Assembly: GCA_030627085.1 (NCBI GenBank)
Contig: DAOUSS010000001.1
Coordinates: 1-61,675, forward strand
Direction: 5' to 3'
Source of the DNA: Candidatus Stahliibacteriota bacterium
Lineage (GTDB): Bacteria; Hydrothermota; UBA3073
DNA length: 61,675 nt
Part shown: piece by piece, positions 45,268 to 54,037 of the stretch
How the letters are laid out: the number at the start of each line of letters is the position of its first letter
Position numbering within the stretch: the first letter of the stretch is position 1
Notes under the pieces: generated by a model
Seen by the model: only the letters and a program-made list of their open reading frames with translations
What the model was told of the DNA's origin: nothing
Database searches by the model: none
Program-made: the position numbers and the translations under genes

Positions 45268-46728
45268 TTATTTGTGTATAATGCCTCGCAAGAGAGATAT
45301 ATCTTCTGTGTTAATAGTCTTAAAACATAATAGTCCCACTACTAATATTGCTAATCCTATAAATAGTAAAATAAAGTGTGGTATTAAACTTACTCCAAGA
45401 TTTAATAGTAAGTATACAAAGAGCACTAAAAGGATAAGTTTTATGAAAGTTTGTGAATGAAGTCTTATTTTTAAGAGTCGTTTTTGCAAAAATATTATCA
45501 TGCAAAAGCTCAAAATAAGTGAGATACCTGTAGCTATTGCAGCTCCCACAATGCCATATTTAGGTATCAAAATACAGTTAAATGCAAAGTTAATTATAAG
45601 AGTTATACTACTGAGTTTCAGAGCAATATCAGGTCGTCCTATACTGCTGCTGACTGCACTCCCAACAGAGCCTGTTGTTCCATAAAATATCATGCTGAAC
45701 AGTAGTATTTGACAGGGTAAGACAGCGTTTATAAATTCTATTTTCCCCGGATAAATAATGGCAATAATATCTTTGAAGAAAAAAGAAAGCAAAATGGCCA
45801 CCACTGATAAAATAATAAATGAATATTTCATAACAGTATTAACTAAATCTTCAATCTTTTGGAAACTCCTATTATAATAGAACTCAGTAATAGTAGGATT
45901 GGTCACTCGTTGGACAGCGGATGGAAAAATCATTAATCCCCTGGCAAACATAATGGCAGCTGTATAAATGCCCACATCCCTGTCCATTAAAAAGTAGCCA
46001 ATCAACAGCAAATCGATTTTTGAATTCAATTGTCCAATCATTCCCGAAAAGAGCATGGGGGTCCCAAATCTTACGAGTTTTATAGCAGTTTTTCTAAATC
46101 CAGTAAAGTCGAATCTAAAGTGTCTACGACATACTATGAGGAGAATAAAAAATAGCAATAACTCGGCGATGGGAAATGCAAATATGATACTTTGAATTGT
46201 ATGAAAGGCATTGTAAAAAATTATTGTGAATATCAGTATGAAAATATAGCGTAGACTCTCAATTATAGCATATTTTTTCATCTCTCTCAATCCATTGAGA
46301 AATCCTATTAGACTTTTGTTTACAATGAAGAATACAAAAGTTAATGCAATTACTCTAATACACTCCTTTAGTTCGGGCATCTTGAAGACATTTGCAAGCA
46401 AGGGCGATAATATGAAAATGATACCAGCAAAACAAATTCCAGACAAAAACGTCAATACAAATCCTGTTGTAACAAATCGATTGGTTTTATCTATATCCCC
46501 CTTATATTGTGCAGTATACTTGGTTATTGCGCTGTGGATACCAAATGATGCAATAATGGATGTAATCAGGAGAATGGTTAATGTCATTGAGTAAAGTCCC
46601 AATCCTTGCGCTCTGAAGAAATTACCCACAATAATATTCAGAAGCATACCGACGACAATGACTATGATAGAGCTGGAAAGTGTCCAGCCCACATCCTCTG
46701 CAAATTTTCTGATTGGCTTATTCGTCAT
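45268..46728 (-). CDS. Wzx-like oligosaccharide flippase (MOP superfamily)
   Basis: 486 aa and about 12-14 TM helices. Its position in a glycan locus and an N-terminus typical of polysaccharide-biosynthesis flippases support the call. Confidence 0.75.
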   Translation of the reverse strand: MTNKPIRKFAEDVGWTLSSSIIVIVVGMLLNIIVGNFFRAQGLGLYSMTLTILLITSIIASFGIHSAITKYTAQYKGDIDKTNRFVTTGFVLTFLSGICFAGIIFILSPLLANVFKMPELKECIRVIALTFVFFIVNKSLIGFLNGLREMKKYAIIESLRYIFILIFTIIFYNAFHTIQSIIFAFPIAELLLFFILLIVCRRHFRFDFTGFRKTAIKLVRFGTPMLFSGMIGQLNSKIDLLLIGYFLMDRDVGIYTAAIMFARGLMIFPSAVQRVTNPTITEFYYNRSFQKIEDLVNTVMKYSFIILSVVAILLSFFFKDIIAIIYPGKIEFINAVLPCQILLFSMIFYGTTGSVGSAVSSSIGRPDIALKLSSITLIINFAFNCILIPKYGIVGAAIATGISLILSFCMIIFLQKRLLKIRLHSQTFIKLILLVLFVYLLLNLGVSLIPHFILLFIGLAILVVGLLCFKTINTEDISLLRGIIHK

Positions 46729-46764
46729 TTGATGTTAGTTTAAAGGAGCTAAAATGCAACCCTC

Positions 46765-46784
46765 ATTATAACACGATTATAACA
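46765..46784 (-). promoter_or_regulatory. two tandem extended -10 elements (TGtTATAAT) upstream of the flippase gene
   Basis: Plus-strand attataacacg attataacacg (direct 11-nt repeat) reads cgtgttataat x2 on the minus strand. No clear -35. Confidence 0.35.
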
Positions 46785-46983
46785 CGGGGATGGAGAAAAG
46801 TCAAGGGGAAAATTTGCACTTTGGCAGATAGATATTGGCGGTATGTACATAATCTCTTCTAATAAACAGCAAAAATTTTTGAGGGTTCGTTTTTTTTCTA
46901 CGACTGGAGCGATCATTGGCTGGGGAAAAACCGATGGATGAAAGGATATTTTAAAATGAAGATTAACTCCGGAAAAGTTATAA

Positions 46984-49500
46984 ATGCGGGGTAAAATTAT
47001 GGCTAAGGAAAAAAGAAAAAGGGTAACCGAGAAACTGTCTGAGGGATCACATTTAAAGTTATCCGATAGTATTTTAAATAAGATATTCATTGCTATCTTT
47101 TTCATCCTACCCCTAATATACTTTGCTCCATTTCTATCCGGCAGCAAGATGATAGCGGGTTCTGACTGGCTTTTATCCGGCTATATTCCCGCAAGGTGGC
47201 TCACAAATTGTATAAAACACTATGAAGGTGGTCCATTGTGGAATCCAAATGTCTTTGGTGGACTTCCTATGGGTAATCCCTATAGTCTTTACACACTCTT
47301 TTATCTGGCTCTACCGGTTCATATTGTATTTACATATTCCTTTGTCCTTGCAATATTCCTTGCAGGACTGGGAATGTACCTGTATCTGAAAGAATTGAGG
47401 TTCCCCATTCTCATCTCATTTCTCGGCGGCATAGCATATATGTTTTGTGGTTCACTTCTTTCCACACCATATGCAGGACATCTTGGTAAGTCTTTAGCCT
47501 CTGCTCTATTTCCATTTATCCTTCTATTTCTACATAAAGGACTTACAAAACACAACTTCATATATTTTCTGATTGCGGGTGCACTTGGGGCTCTTTCTGC
47601 AACCCACGCACACTTCCAGCTCACATATTATGCGGGAGTGGTGTGTGCCTTTTATTTACTCTTTCACCTCATCTGGCAAAGAAAGGAAAACAAAATCAAG
47701 GGGACTGCCAAACTTATAATTTACTCTATCTTTGCACTTATTTTAGCCGGAGGACTGGTATCAATACATTATTTACCAATATTCAGTGATTTCGGGTGGG
47801 GGTCAAGAGGTGGGTTGGAGAGGGGCTATGCGTTTGCAACCTCTTGGTCAGTTCCAACCTCTGAACTTTTAGATTTATTAACCCCTCACTTCTCGGGATT
47901 GTTAAATAATTACTGGGGAGAGAATTATTTCAAACTGCATACAGAATACCTTGGTATACTTCCACTTCTTTTAGCTCTCATTGGAATAGCAGTTAAGTAC
48001 AGGAAAAAATATGTTAGATTCTTCATTGGACTTGGTGTGATTGCAACACTATTTGCACTCGGTGGACATACCCCATTTTACAGAATACCTTATTACCTTC
48101 TCCCCAGAGTAAATAAGTTCAGGGCTCCATCAATGGCGTTTTATCTTGTTGCATTTTCTGTTATAGTCCTTGCAGCATATGGAATAAAGGCAATAATAGA
48201 CCAGAGACAGGAGACCAGAGACAAAAGACCAAAGACAATAGACCGAAGACAAAAGAATCTTGCTATTTATCTTCTTACAATATTTGGTATTGTCGCCATT
48301 TTTACACTTGTTTGCTCGGTCGGGAAGGAATCTATCCTTTCTTTTATGAAAGGACACTTCCAACCAATTTTGATGAACCAGTATGGGCCACAACTCATAC
48401 AGCAAAAGATACAAAATTTCTATCAAAATTATCCCTATTTCCTCAACGGACTGGGCAAGGCACTCTTCTTGATAGCCCTGAATTCTGTTCTCATTATTCT
48501 CCTGGCGATGAGAAAGTTAAAACTCCCAGCATGGATACTAATGGTAACACCCATTCTAATATTTGACCAGTGGAGTATTGAAAAACACTTTTTAAAGAGT
48601 GTGTCACATCCAAAGGTATATTATGCACCCGACAGCGTTGTGAATTTTCTTAAAAAAGATAAAACACTCTATCGGGTATTTCCCTTTAACTACGAACATA
48701 CAACCGATTCTTATCTTACTCTGTATAATATCCAGAGTTTGGGGGGGTATGTATCCAATCCCGGTTGGAGATATCAGAAACTTATTGGTGCTGGCGAGAG
48801 TGTTATGTTTAATCCCCGTAATCTGATAATATATCCTCATCTCCTTGATGTACTGAATGTAAAGTATATTATATCCTATACACTTCCAGATGATATATCA
48901 AGATATGATGAAAAGACTCAAGGTTACATACGAGAATTGAGAAACTATCTCTCGCAGTTTAAAGAGGTTACGAGAGGAGGAAAATACAGTGTGTATTTAA
49001 ATACTAACTACATTGAAAGGGCATTTATAGTAAAAAACTATAAAATATTTGATAATCTTGACTCTCTTCTTTCGTTTATGCTTGCTCCTTCCTTCAATCC
49101 GAGAGAAGTTGTTCTTCTTGAAGAAGAGCCAGAGGGCAATTTCCAATTTCCAATTTCCAATTCCCAATCTCAGAAGGATTTGGAAGAAGTGCACATTAGA
49201 GAATACGGTCCTAATAAGATTATATGTGAGACTGCACTTGAATCTCCGGGTTTCCTCGTCCTCTCTGAAAACTGGCATCCTAACTGGAAGGCTTATGTTG
49301 ATGGAGAAGAAGAGAAAATATATATAGCAGATTACACATTGCGCACAGTCTATCTACCTGAAGGAAAGCATGTTGTGAGATTTGTATATGTATCAAAGGC
49401 ATTTAAGATTGGCTCTATTATTTCCATTCTTTCTCTTATATTCTTTGTTGGGGTCGTGGTGTGGTGGGGAATATCAAAACGCCGATACCGTGAAAAATGA
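46984..49500 (+). CDS. YfhO-family polytopic membrane glycosyltransferase-like protein (GT-C-like)
   Basis: 838 aa. The N-terminal half has more than 10 TM helices (SGSKMIAGSDWLLSGY..., GGPLWNPNVFGGLPM) and the C-terminal half is extracytoplasmic with a final TM helix. The start could be ATG 46999. Confidence 0.7.
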   Translation: MRGKIMAKEKRKRVTEKLSEGSHLKLSDSILNKIFIAIFFILPLIYFAPFLSGSKMIAGSDWLLSGYIPARWLTNCIKHYEGGPLWNPNVFGGLPMGNPYSLYTLFYLALPVHIVFTYSFVLAIFLAGLGMYLYLKELRFPILISFLGGIAYMFCGSLLSTPYAGHLGKSLASALFPFILLFLHKGLTKHNFIYFLIAGALGALSATHAHFQLTYYAGVVCAFYLLFHLIWQRKENKIKGTAKLIIYSIFALILAGGLVSIHYLPIFSDFGWGSRGGLERGYAFATSWSVPTSELLDLLTPHFSGLLNNYWGENYFKLHTEYLGILPLLLALIGIAVKYRKKYVRFFIGLGVIATLFALGGHTPFYRIPYYLLPRVNKFRAPSMAFYLVAFSVIVLAAYGIKAIIDQRQETRDKRPKTIDRRQKNLAIYLLTIFGIVAIFTLVCSVGKESILSFMKGHFQPILMNQYGPQLIQQKIQNFYQNYPYFLNGLGKALFLIALNSVLIILLAMRKLKLPAWILMVTPILIFDQWSIEKHFLKSVSHPKVYYAPDSVVNFLKKDKTLYRVFPFNYEHTTDSYLTLYNIQSLGGYVSNPGWRYQKLIGAGESVMFNPRNLIIYPHLLDVLNVKYIISYTLPDDISRYDEKTQGYIRELRNYLSQFKEVTRGGKYSVYLNTNYIERAFIVKNYKIFDNLDSLLSFMLAPSFNPREVVLLEEEPEGNFQFPISNSQSQKDLEEVHIREYGPNKIICETALESPGFLVLSENWHPNWKAYVDGEEEKIYIADYTLRTVYLPEGKHVVRFVYVSKAFKIGSIISILSLIFFVGVVVWWGISKRRYREK
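48198..48253 (+). repeat. 4 x 14-bp tandem repeat inside the YfhO CDS
   Basis: agaccagagacagg / agaccagagacaaa / agaccaaagacaat / agaccgaagacaaa, which encodes DQRQETRDKRPKTIDRRQK. Confidence 0.9.
49137..49171 (+). repeat. 5 x 7-bp tandem repeat inside the YfhO CDS
   Basis: caatttc x3, then caattcc and caatctc, which encodes NFQFPISNSQS. The same word family is found in intergenic 36781-36802. Confidence 0.9.
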
Positions 49501-49517
49501 AAGAAACCATGTATTTG

Positions 49518-49586
49518 AACCACAAAGGGCACAAAGAGAAGCTACTTATTCTTATAAACTTTGCGTTCTTTGTGAACTTTGTGGTT
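49518..49586. repeat. 69-bp hairpin of cacaaag/ctttgtg 9-bp words between yfhO and fabH
   Basis: aaccacaaagggcacaaagag (49518-49538) versus ctttgcgttctttgtgaactttgtggtt (49559-49586). Confidence 0.85.
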
Positions 49587-49611
49587 AATTATAGAATAAA
49601 AAGGAGGAAGC

Positions 49612-50589
49612 GTGGGCGTTAAATTCGTCTCAATGGGGAGATATCTCCCTGACAAGGTTCTAACAAACTTTGACCTTGAAAAAATGGTGGACACATCAGA
49701 TGAATGGATAAGAACCAGAACCGGCATAAAGGAACGAAGGATTGCACCACCTGAAATAGCTACATCAGATATGGTAACTGAAGCCGCCCGTATTGCACTT
49801 GATAGGGCAAACCTCAAACCAGAGGATATAGACTGCATTATAGTTGCAACCGTTACACCGGACAATGCATATCCATCTACTGCCTGCTGGGTTCAGAAGA
49901 ATCTGGGGCTAAAGCAGTTTCCTGCTTTTGACATCGCGGCAGCCTGTTCAGGTTTTCTATATGGTATTATTGTTGCAAAGGCACTTCTTGAAAGTAAAGT
50001 AGTGAAGAGGGTTCTCCTCTCAGGCGCAGAGACAATGTCAAGGGCTGTAAATTGGGAAGACAGAGAAACCTGTGTTCTCTTCGGTGATGGTGCGGGAGTT
50101 GCAATACTTGAACTATCAGACGATGAATCAGATATACTTTCCTATAACTGGGCTGCAGATGGAAACTTAGGAGAACTTCTTATCCAACCTGCAGGAGGTT
50201 CAAGGCTCCCACCAAGCCACGAAACCATAGACAAGAAATTACATTCCGTTTTTATGGGGGGACGAGAGGTATTCAAAAACGCAGTGAGATGGATGGCAAA
50301 TTCTGCAGAAAAAGCTATTCAGGACGCAGGATTGACAAAGGATGATATAGATTTATATATCCCTCATCAAGCCAATATAAGAATTATAGAATCCACAATA
50401 AAGAGGGTTGGAATACCAAGAGAAAAGACGGTAATAACAATAGATAGGTTTGCAAATGTCTCTGCCGCCACCGTTCCTATGTCGATGGACTGCGCAATAG
50501 AAGAAGGAAGGCTCAAAAGGGGTGATATTGTGTTACTCAATACTTTTGGAGGCGGATTTACATGGGGAGCAATGGTAGTAAGATGGTAA
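49612..50589 (+). CDS. fabH: beta-ketoacyl-ACP synthase III
   Basis: GTG start after aaggagg. TSDEWIRTRTGIKER, active-site AACSGF, HQAN, NTFGGGFTWGA. Confidence 0.9.
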   Translation: MGVKFVSMGRYLPDKVLTNFDLEKMVDTSDEWIRTRTGIKERRIAPPEIATSDMVTEAARIALDRANLKPEDIDCIIVATVTPDNAYPSTACWVQKNLGLKQFPAFDIAAACSGFLYGIIVAKALLESKVVKRVLLSGAETMSRAVNWEDRETCVLFGDGAGVAILELSDDESDILSYNWAADGNLGELLIQPAGGSRLPPSHETIDKKLHSVFMGGREVFKNAVRWMANSAEKAIQDAGLTKDDIDLYIPHQANIRIIESTIKRVGIPREKTVITIDRFANVSAATVPMSMDCAIEEGRLKRGDIVLLNTFGGGFTWGAMVVRW

Positions 50590-50591
50590 TT

Positions 50592-51869
50592 TCAATCTTT
50601 CCATTCGTATACCCTTCCCCTGTAGAGGGTACATAATACCTTCCCATAGAGGTTCTTTCCTATGAAGGGGGAGTTCTTCGATTTCGACAGAAATCTCTGA
50701 GGAATCCACTCACGAGCTGGATCAACTATCGCAAGATTTGCATATTCTCCTGTGGATATGCCTTTGACAGGAAGTGAAAAAATCTTTGCGGGGTTGAGCG
50801 TGAATTTCCGAAGAAGCTGTTTTATATCCACAAATCCCGGTTTCACAAGATAAGTTATTCCACAGGCAAAAGCTGTTTCAAGCCCTATAACACCGGATGG
50901 AGCTTGGTCGAACTCAAGTTCTTTTTCAAAATCTGCATGTGGGGCATGGTCTGTTGCGATTGCATCAATCGTGTCATCTAAAAGTCCTTCAATTATTGCC
51001 TTTCTATCCACCTCTGTGCGTAACGGTGGATTTATCCTGTAATTTGTATCAAAGCCTCTCACACACTCATCTGTAAGTGAAAAATGATGTGGAGTTGCCT
51101 CACAGGTAACATTTACTCCTTCTTTTTTTGCCCTTCTTATGAGTTCAACAGACCCTTTTGTAGAGATATGTGCTATATGAAGTCTGGATTTTGTAAATTT
51201 TGCAAGTAAAATATCTCTCGCAATCATAGCCTCCTCAGCACAAGAAGGAATTCCGGAAAGCCCGAGTTCAGTGGAAACAATCCCTTCATTCATAACACCG
51301 GGAGAGAGATTTAAGTCCTCTGCATGGGATATAACAGGAATATCAAACTGTTTACAATACTCAAGTGCTCTTCTCATAATAAATGAATCCATAATAGGCA
51401 TTCCATCATCAGACACGGCAACACAACCCGCATCTACAAGATCACCAATCTCTGATAATTCTGTTCCCTTAAGTCCTTTTGTCACTGCGCCCACAGGATA
51501 CACATCACATACCTTCTCTGCCTCTTGTATATATCTCACTATCCCGATATTATCAACGGGCGGTTCCGTGTTTGCCATACATACAACTGCCTGATACCCA
51601 CCTTTAAGTGCGCTCATCGTACCTGATAGGATTGTCTCCTCATCCTCCCTCCCAGGCTCTCTTAAGTGTGTATGTATATCAATAAGTCCTGGTATAACCC
51701 ATAAACCCTTTGCATTAATCATCTTTCCCTTTTCCCTCTTCCCTCTTCTCTCTTCTCTCTTCCCTCTCACCCCCTTCACTCTCTCCCCTTCTATGAGGAT
51801 ATCAAAGGTGTCATCTGTATCTGTAAAAGGGTCTATCACCCTTGCATTTTTAATAATTAATTTAGCCAT
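50592..51869 (-). CDS. pyrC: dihydroorotase
   Basis: GLIDIHTHLREPG, ATDHAPH. Residues 33-49 (GVRGKREERRGKREKGK) are encoded by a purine-rich repeat tract (51723-51773). Confidence 0.9.
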   Translation of the reverse strand: MAKLIIKNARVIDPFTDTDDTFDILIEGERVKGVRGKREERRGKREKGKMINAKGLWVIPGLIDIHTHLREPGREDEETILSGTMSALKGGYQAVVCMANTEPPVDNIGIVRYIQEAEKVCDVYPVGAVTKGLKGTELSEIGDLVDAGCVAVSDDGMPIMDSFIMRRALEYCKQFDIPVISHAEDLNLSPGVMNEGIVSTELGLSGIPSCAEEAMIARDILLAKFTKSRLHIAHISTKGSVELIRRAKKEGVNVTCEATPHHFSLTDECVRGFDTNYRINPPLRTEVDRKAIIEGLLDDTIDAIATDHAPHADFEKELEFDQAPSGVIGLETAFACGITYLVKPGFVDIKQLLRKFTLNPAKIFSLPVKGISTGEYANLAIVDPAREWIPQRFLSKSKNSPFIGKNLYGKVLCTLYRGRVYEWKD

Positions 51870-52118
51870 AAGACGGTTGTAGTATTGTTTACCACAAAGA
51901 GCACAAAGGACACAAAGGCCTTAGATTTTAGATTGTGGGCGAATTGCTATTCGCCCCTACGAGATTGTTTGCCATTCCTGTAGCTCAAGGCCTTAGCCTT
52001 GATTATCAACCCTGAAGGGTTGAGTTACAATTGCTAATTTTGCATTGCTAATTGGTAATTGAATATCTTAGTTGCTCGATAGCCTGATAGCTTGATCGCT
52101 CGATAGCCTCTTCACCCA
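51870..52118. repeat. 249-bp pyrB-pyrC intercistronic spacer filled with repeat words and small hairpins
   Basis: accacaaagagcacaaaggacacaaagg (51891-51918), gggcgaat-tgct-attcgccc (51937-51956), caaccc-tgaa-gggttg (52007-52022), ctcgatagcc/tgatagc array (52074-52108). Confidence 0.8.
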
Positions 52119-53096
52119 TCACCCCTCTCCCCTCTCCTCTCTCTTATCTCTCTTCCCTCCCGGAAGCAGATAAAAACATGCCATCCTCACTGCAACTCCG
52201 TTTGTTACCTGTGGAAGGATAAGGGATCTTGTTCCATCTGCAACAGAAGGGACTATCTCAATACCACGATTCACCGGTCCGGGATGCATTATCACAACAT
52301 CCCTCCTTGCGTATTTTTCGAGGACCTCTTCTGTAATAGAATACAAATTGATATACTCCCTTGTAGAAGGGAATAACCCTCTTTTCTGGCGTTCCTTTTG
52401 TATCCTCAACACATATATTATATCCTTATTCTCTATTGCTTCTTTTAAGTTATAATATACCCTTACACCCATTTTCTCTATGTCTCTCGGAATAAGCGTT
52501 GGCGGACCACACACAGATACATCCATTCCCAGTTTTTTCATCCCCCATATATCGGACCTCGCAACTCTGGAGTGTTCTATGTCGCCAACTATTAAAACCT
52601 TCAGTCCTTCAAATTTAGCAAAATGTTCTTTAATGGTAAGTAAATCCAGAAGCGCCTGTGTTGGATGTTCGTGGCTTCCGTCACCGGCATTTATGACAGA
52701 GGATGTAAGGTTTTTTGCGAGAATATGAGGAGCACCGGGGGAAGAATGTCTTACCACAACAAAATTTAGCTTCATTGCCTCAAGGTTCTTGGCTGTATCG
52801 AGCAGTGTCTCACCTTTTAATACACTTGAGGATGATGCGGACACAGATACAGAATCACAGGAGAGCCTTCTTGCGGCAAGACTAAAGGAATTGAGTGTGC
52901 GTGTAGATGGTTCAAAAAATAGGAATGCAACTGTTTTACCCCTGAGATAAGGGACAACTTTAATCGGTCTTTCAAGAATCTCCTTGAAGGAGACCGCGGT
53001 GTTAAGAATGAGTTCTATTTCCTCCTTTTCAAGTTCCAATACACCAAGGAGATCCTTTCTCTTTAGACCCTCTATCTCTGAACTATCAGGACACAT
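52119..53096 (-). CDS. pyrB: aspartate carbamoyltransferase catalytic subunit
   Basis: EPSTRT, HEHPTQALLD, IMHPGPVNRG. The last ~13 aa (GGKRDKREERGEG) are encoded by a repeat tract (52122-52160). Confidence 0.95.
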   Translation of the reverse strand: MCPDSSEIEGLKRKDLLGVLELEKEEIELILNTAVSFKEILERPIKVVPYLRGKTVAFLFFEPSTRTLNSFSLAARRLSCDSVSVSASSSSVLKGETLLDTAKNLEAMKLNFVVVRHSSPGAPHILAKNLTSSVINAGDGSHEHPTQALLDLLTIKEHFAKFEGLKVLIVGDIEHSRVARSDIWGMKKLGMDVSVCGPPTLIPRDIEKMGVRVYYNLKEAIENKDIIYVLRIQKERQKRGLFPSTREYINLYSITEEVLEKYARRDVVIMHPGPVNRGIEIVPSVADGTRSLILPQVTNGVAVRMACFYLLPGGKRDKREERGEG

Positions 53097-53614
53097 TCTT
53101 CTTCATCAATCTCGTGAAGTCTCACCTCCACCATTTCCTTTTTATCTACTTTCAGAAATTTACCCACAAAATCAGGGCAAATAGGGAGTTCTCTCTCCTC
53201 TCTATCTATAAAAACTGCAAGCTGTACCCTTTTAGGCCTTCCAAAATCAACAAGTTCAGTAAGGGCAGAGCGAACTGTTCTTCCTGTGAAGAGCACGTCA
53301 TCAACCAGTAGAAGATTTTGATCATCAATATTGAACGGGATCTCTGTCTTTCTCACTATAGGCTTTTTATCTATTGATGTAAGGTCATCCCTGTACAGCG
53401 TTATATCAATGCTACCAAATGCAACATCAATTTTTGTTCCAAGCGATTTTGCGATTCGCTTTGCAAGAATCTCTCCCCTCCTCTTTATGCCGACAATAAG
53501 TAATCTATCTTCGTCTTTATTTTTTTCGTATATCTCTTTTGTGAGTTTCTCAAGAATTTCTCTCAACTCATCTTCAACCATAAGTACTCTGGCATTTTTG
53601 TATTCTCTATCCAT
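53072..53614 (-). CDS. pyrR: PyrR: uracil phosphoribosyltransferase / pyr operon regulator
   Basis: LLLVDDVLFTGRTVRSAL PRPP-binding motif, about 180 aa, overlaps the pyrB start by 25 nt. Confidence 0.9.
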   Translation of the reverse strand: MDREYKNARVLMVEDELREILEKLTKEIYEKNKDEDRLLIVGIKRRGEILAKRIAKSLGTKIDVAFGSIDITLYRDDLTSIDKKPIVRKTEIPFNIDDQNLLLVDDVLFTGRTVRSALTELVDFGRPKRVQLAVFIDREERELPICPDFVGKFLKVDKKEMVEVRLHEIDEEECVLIVQR

Positions 53615-53697
53615 AACAGGGTTAGTTTGTTAGTTGGTTTGTTTGTTAGTTGGTTTGTTAGTTTATTCTCCCTTTTTCCTTAGATCATAATTGTGTT

Positions 53698-53726
53698 ATT
53701 ATACCATAATTTTTAGGCTTTGTCAA
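53698..53726 (-). promoter_or_regulatory. sigma70-type promoter TTGACA-N17-TATAAT (minus strand) for pyrR-pyrB-pyrC
   Basis: Plus-strand attata 53698-53703 and tgtcaa 53721-53726 with a 17-nt spacer. Confidence 0.6.
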
Positions 53727-53789
53727 CAAGTTTTTTGAAAATTTACGCAACATTTCTCAAAAATTTCCTTGATTGCATAGGAAAGTATA

Positions 53790-53961
53790 AAACCACAGAG
53801 GTCACAGAGGGAAGACATTTTTTATTTTATTCTCTGTGTCCTCAAATTCCTTATAAGATTTTTAAAATTTAGTTGGTGATAAATAGAGTTGGGAGATTGA
53901 ATATAGAGAGCACAGAGCCTTTGCCCTTTTTAAACAAAAATTCTCTGTGTTCTCTGTGGTT
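53790..53961. repeat. 172-bp inverted-repeat element with CCACAGAG-type termini
   Basis: aaccacagaggtcacagaggg (53790-53810) ... ttctctgtgttctctgtggtt (53941-53961). The outer 19 and 17 nt are identical to the termini of 31706-31926 but the interior is unrelated. Confidence 0.85.
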
Positions 53962-53971
53962 AATTTTTTCC

Positions 53972-54000
53972 TTGACATACTTACATTTTTATGATATAAT
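53972..54000 (+). promoter_or_regulatory. sigma70-type promoter TTGACA-N17-TATAAT for the helicase gene
   Basis: ttgaca 53972-53977, 17-nt spacer, tataat 53995-54000. Confidence 0.6.
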
Positions 54001-54037
54001 TCAAAAGTAGAATTAAACAGGAAAACAAAAACATCCG

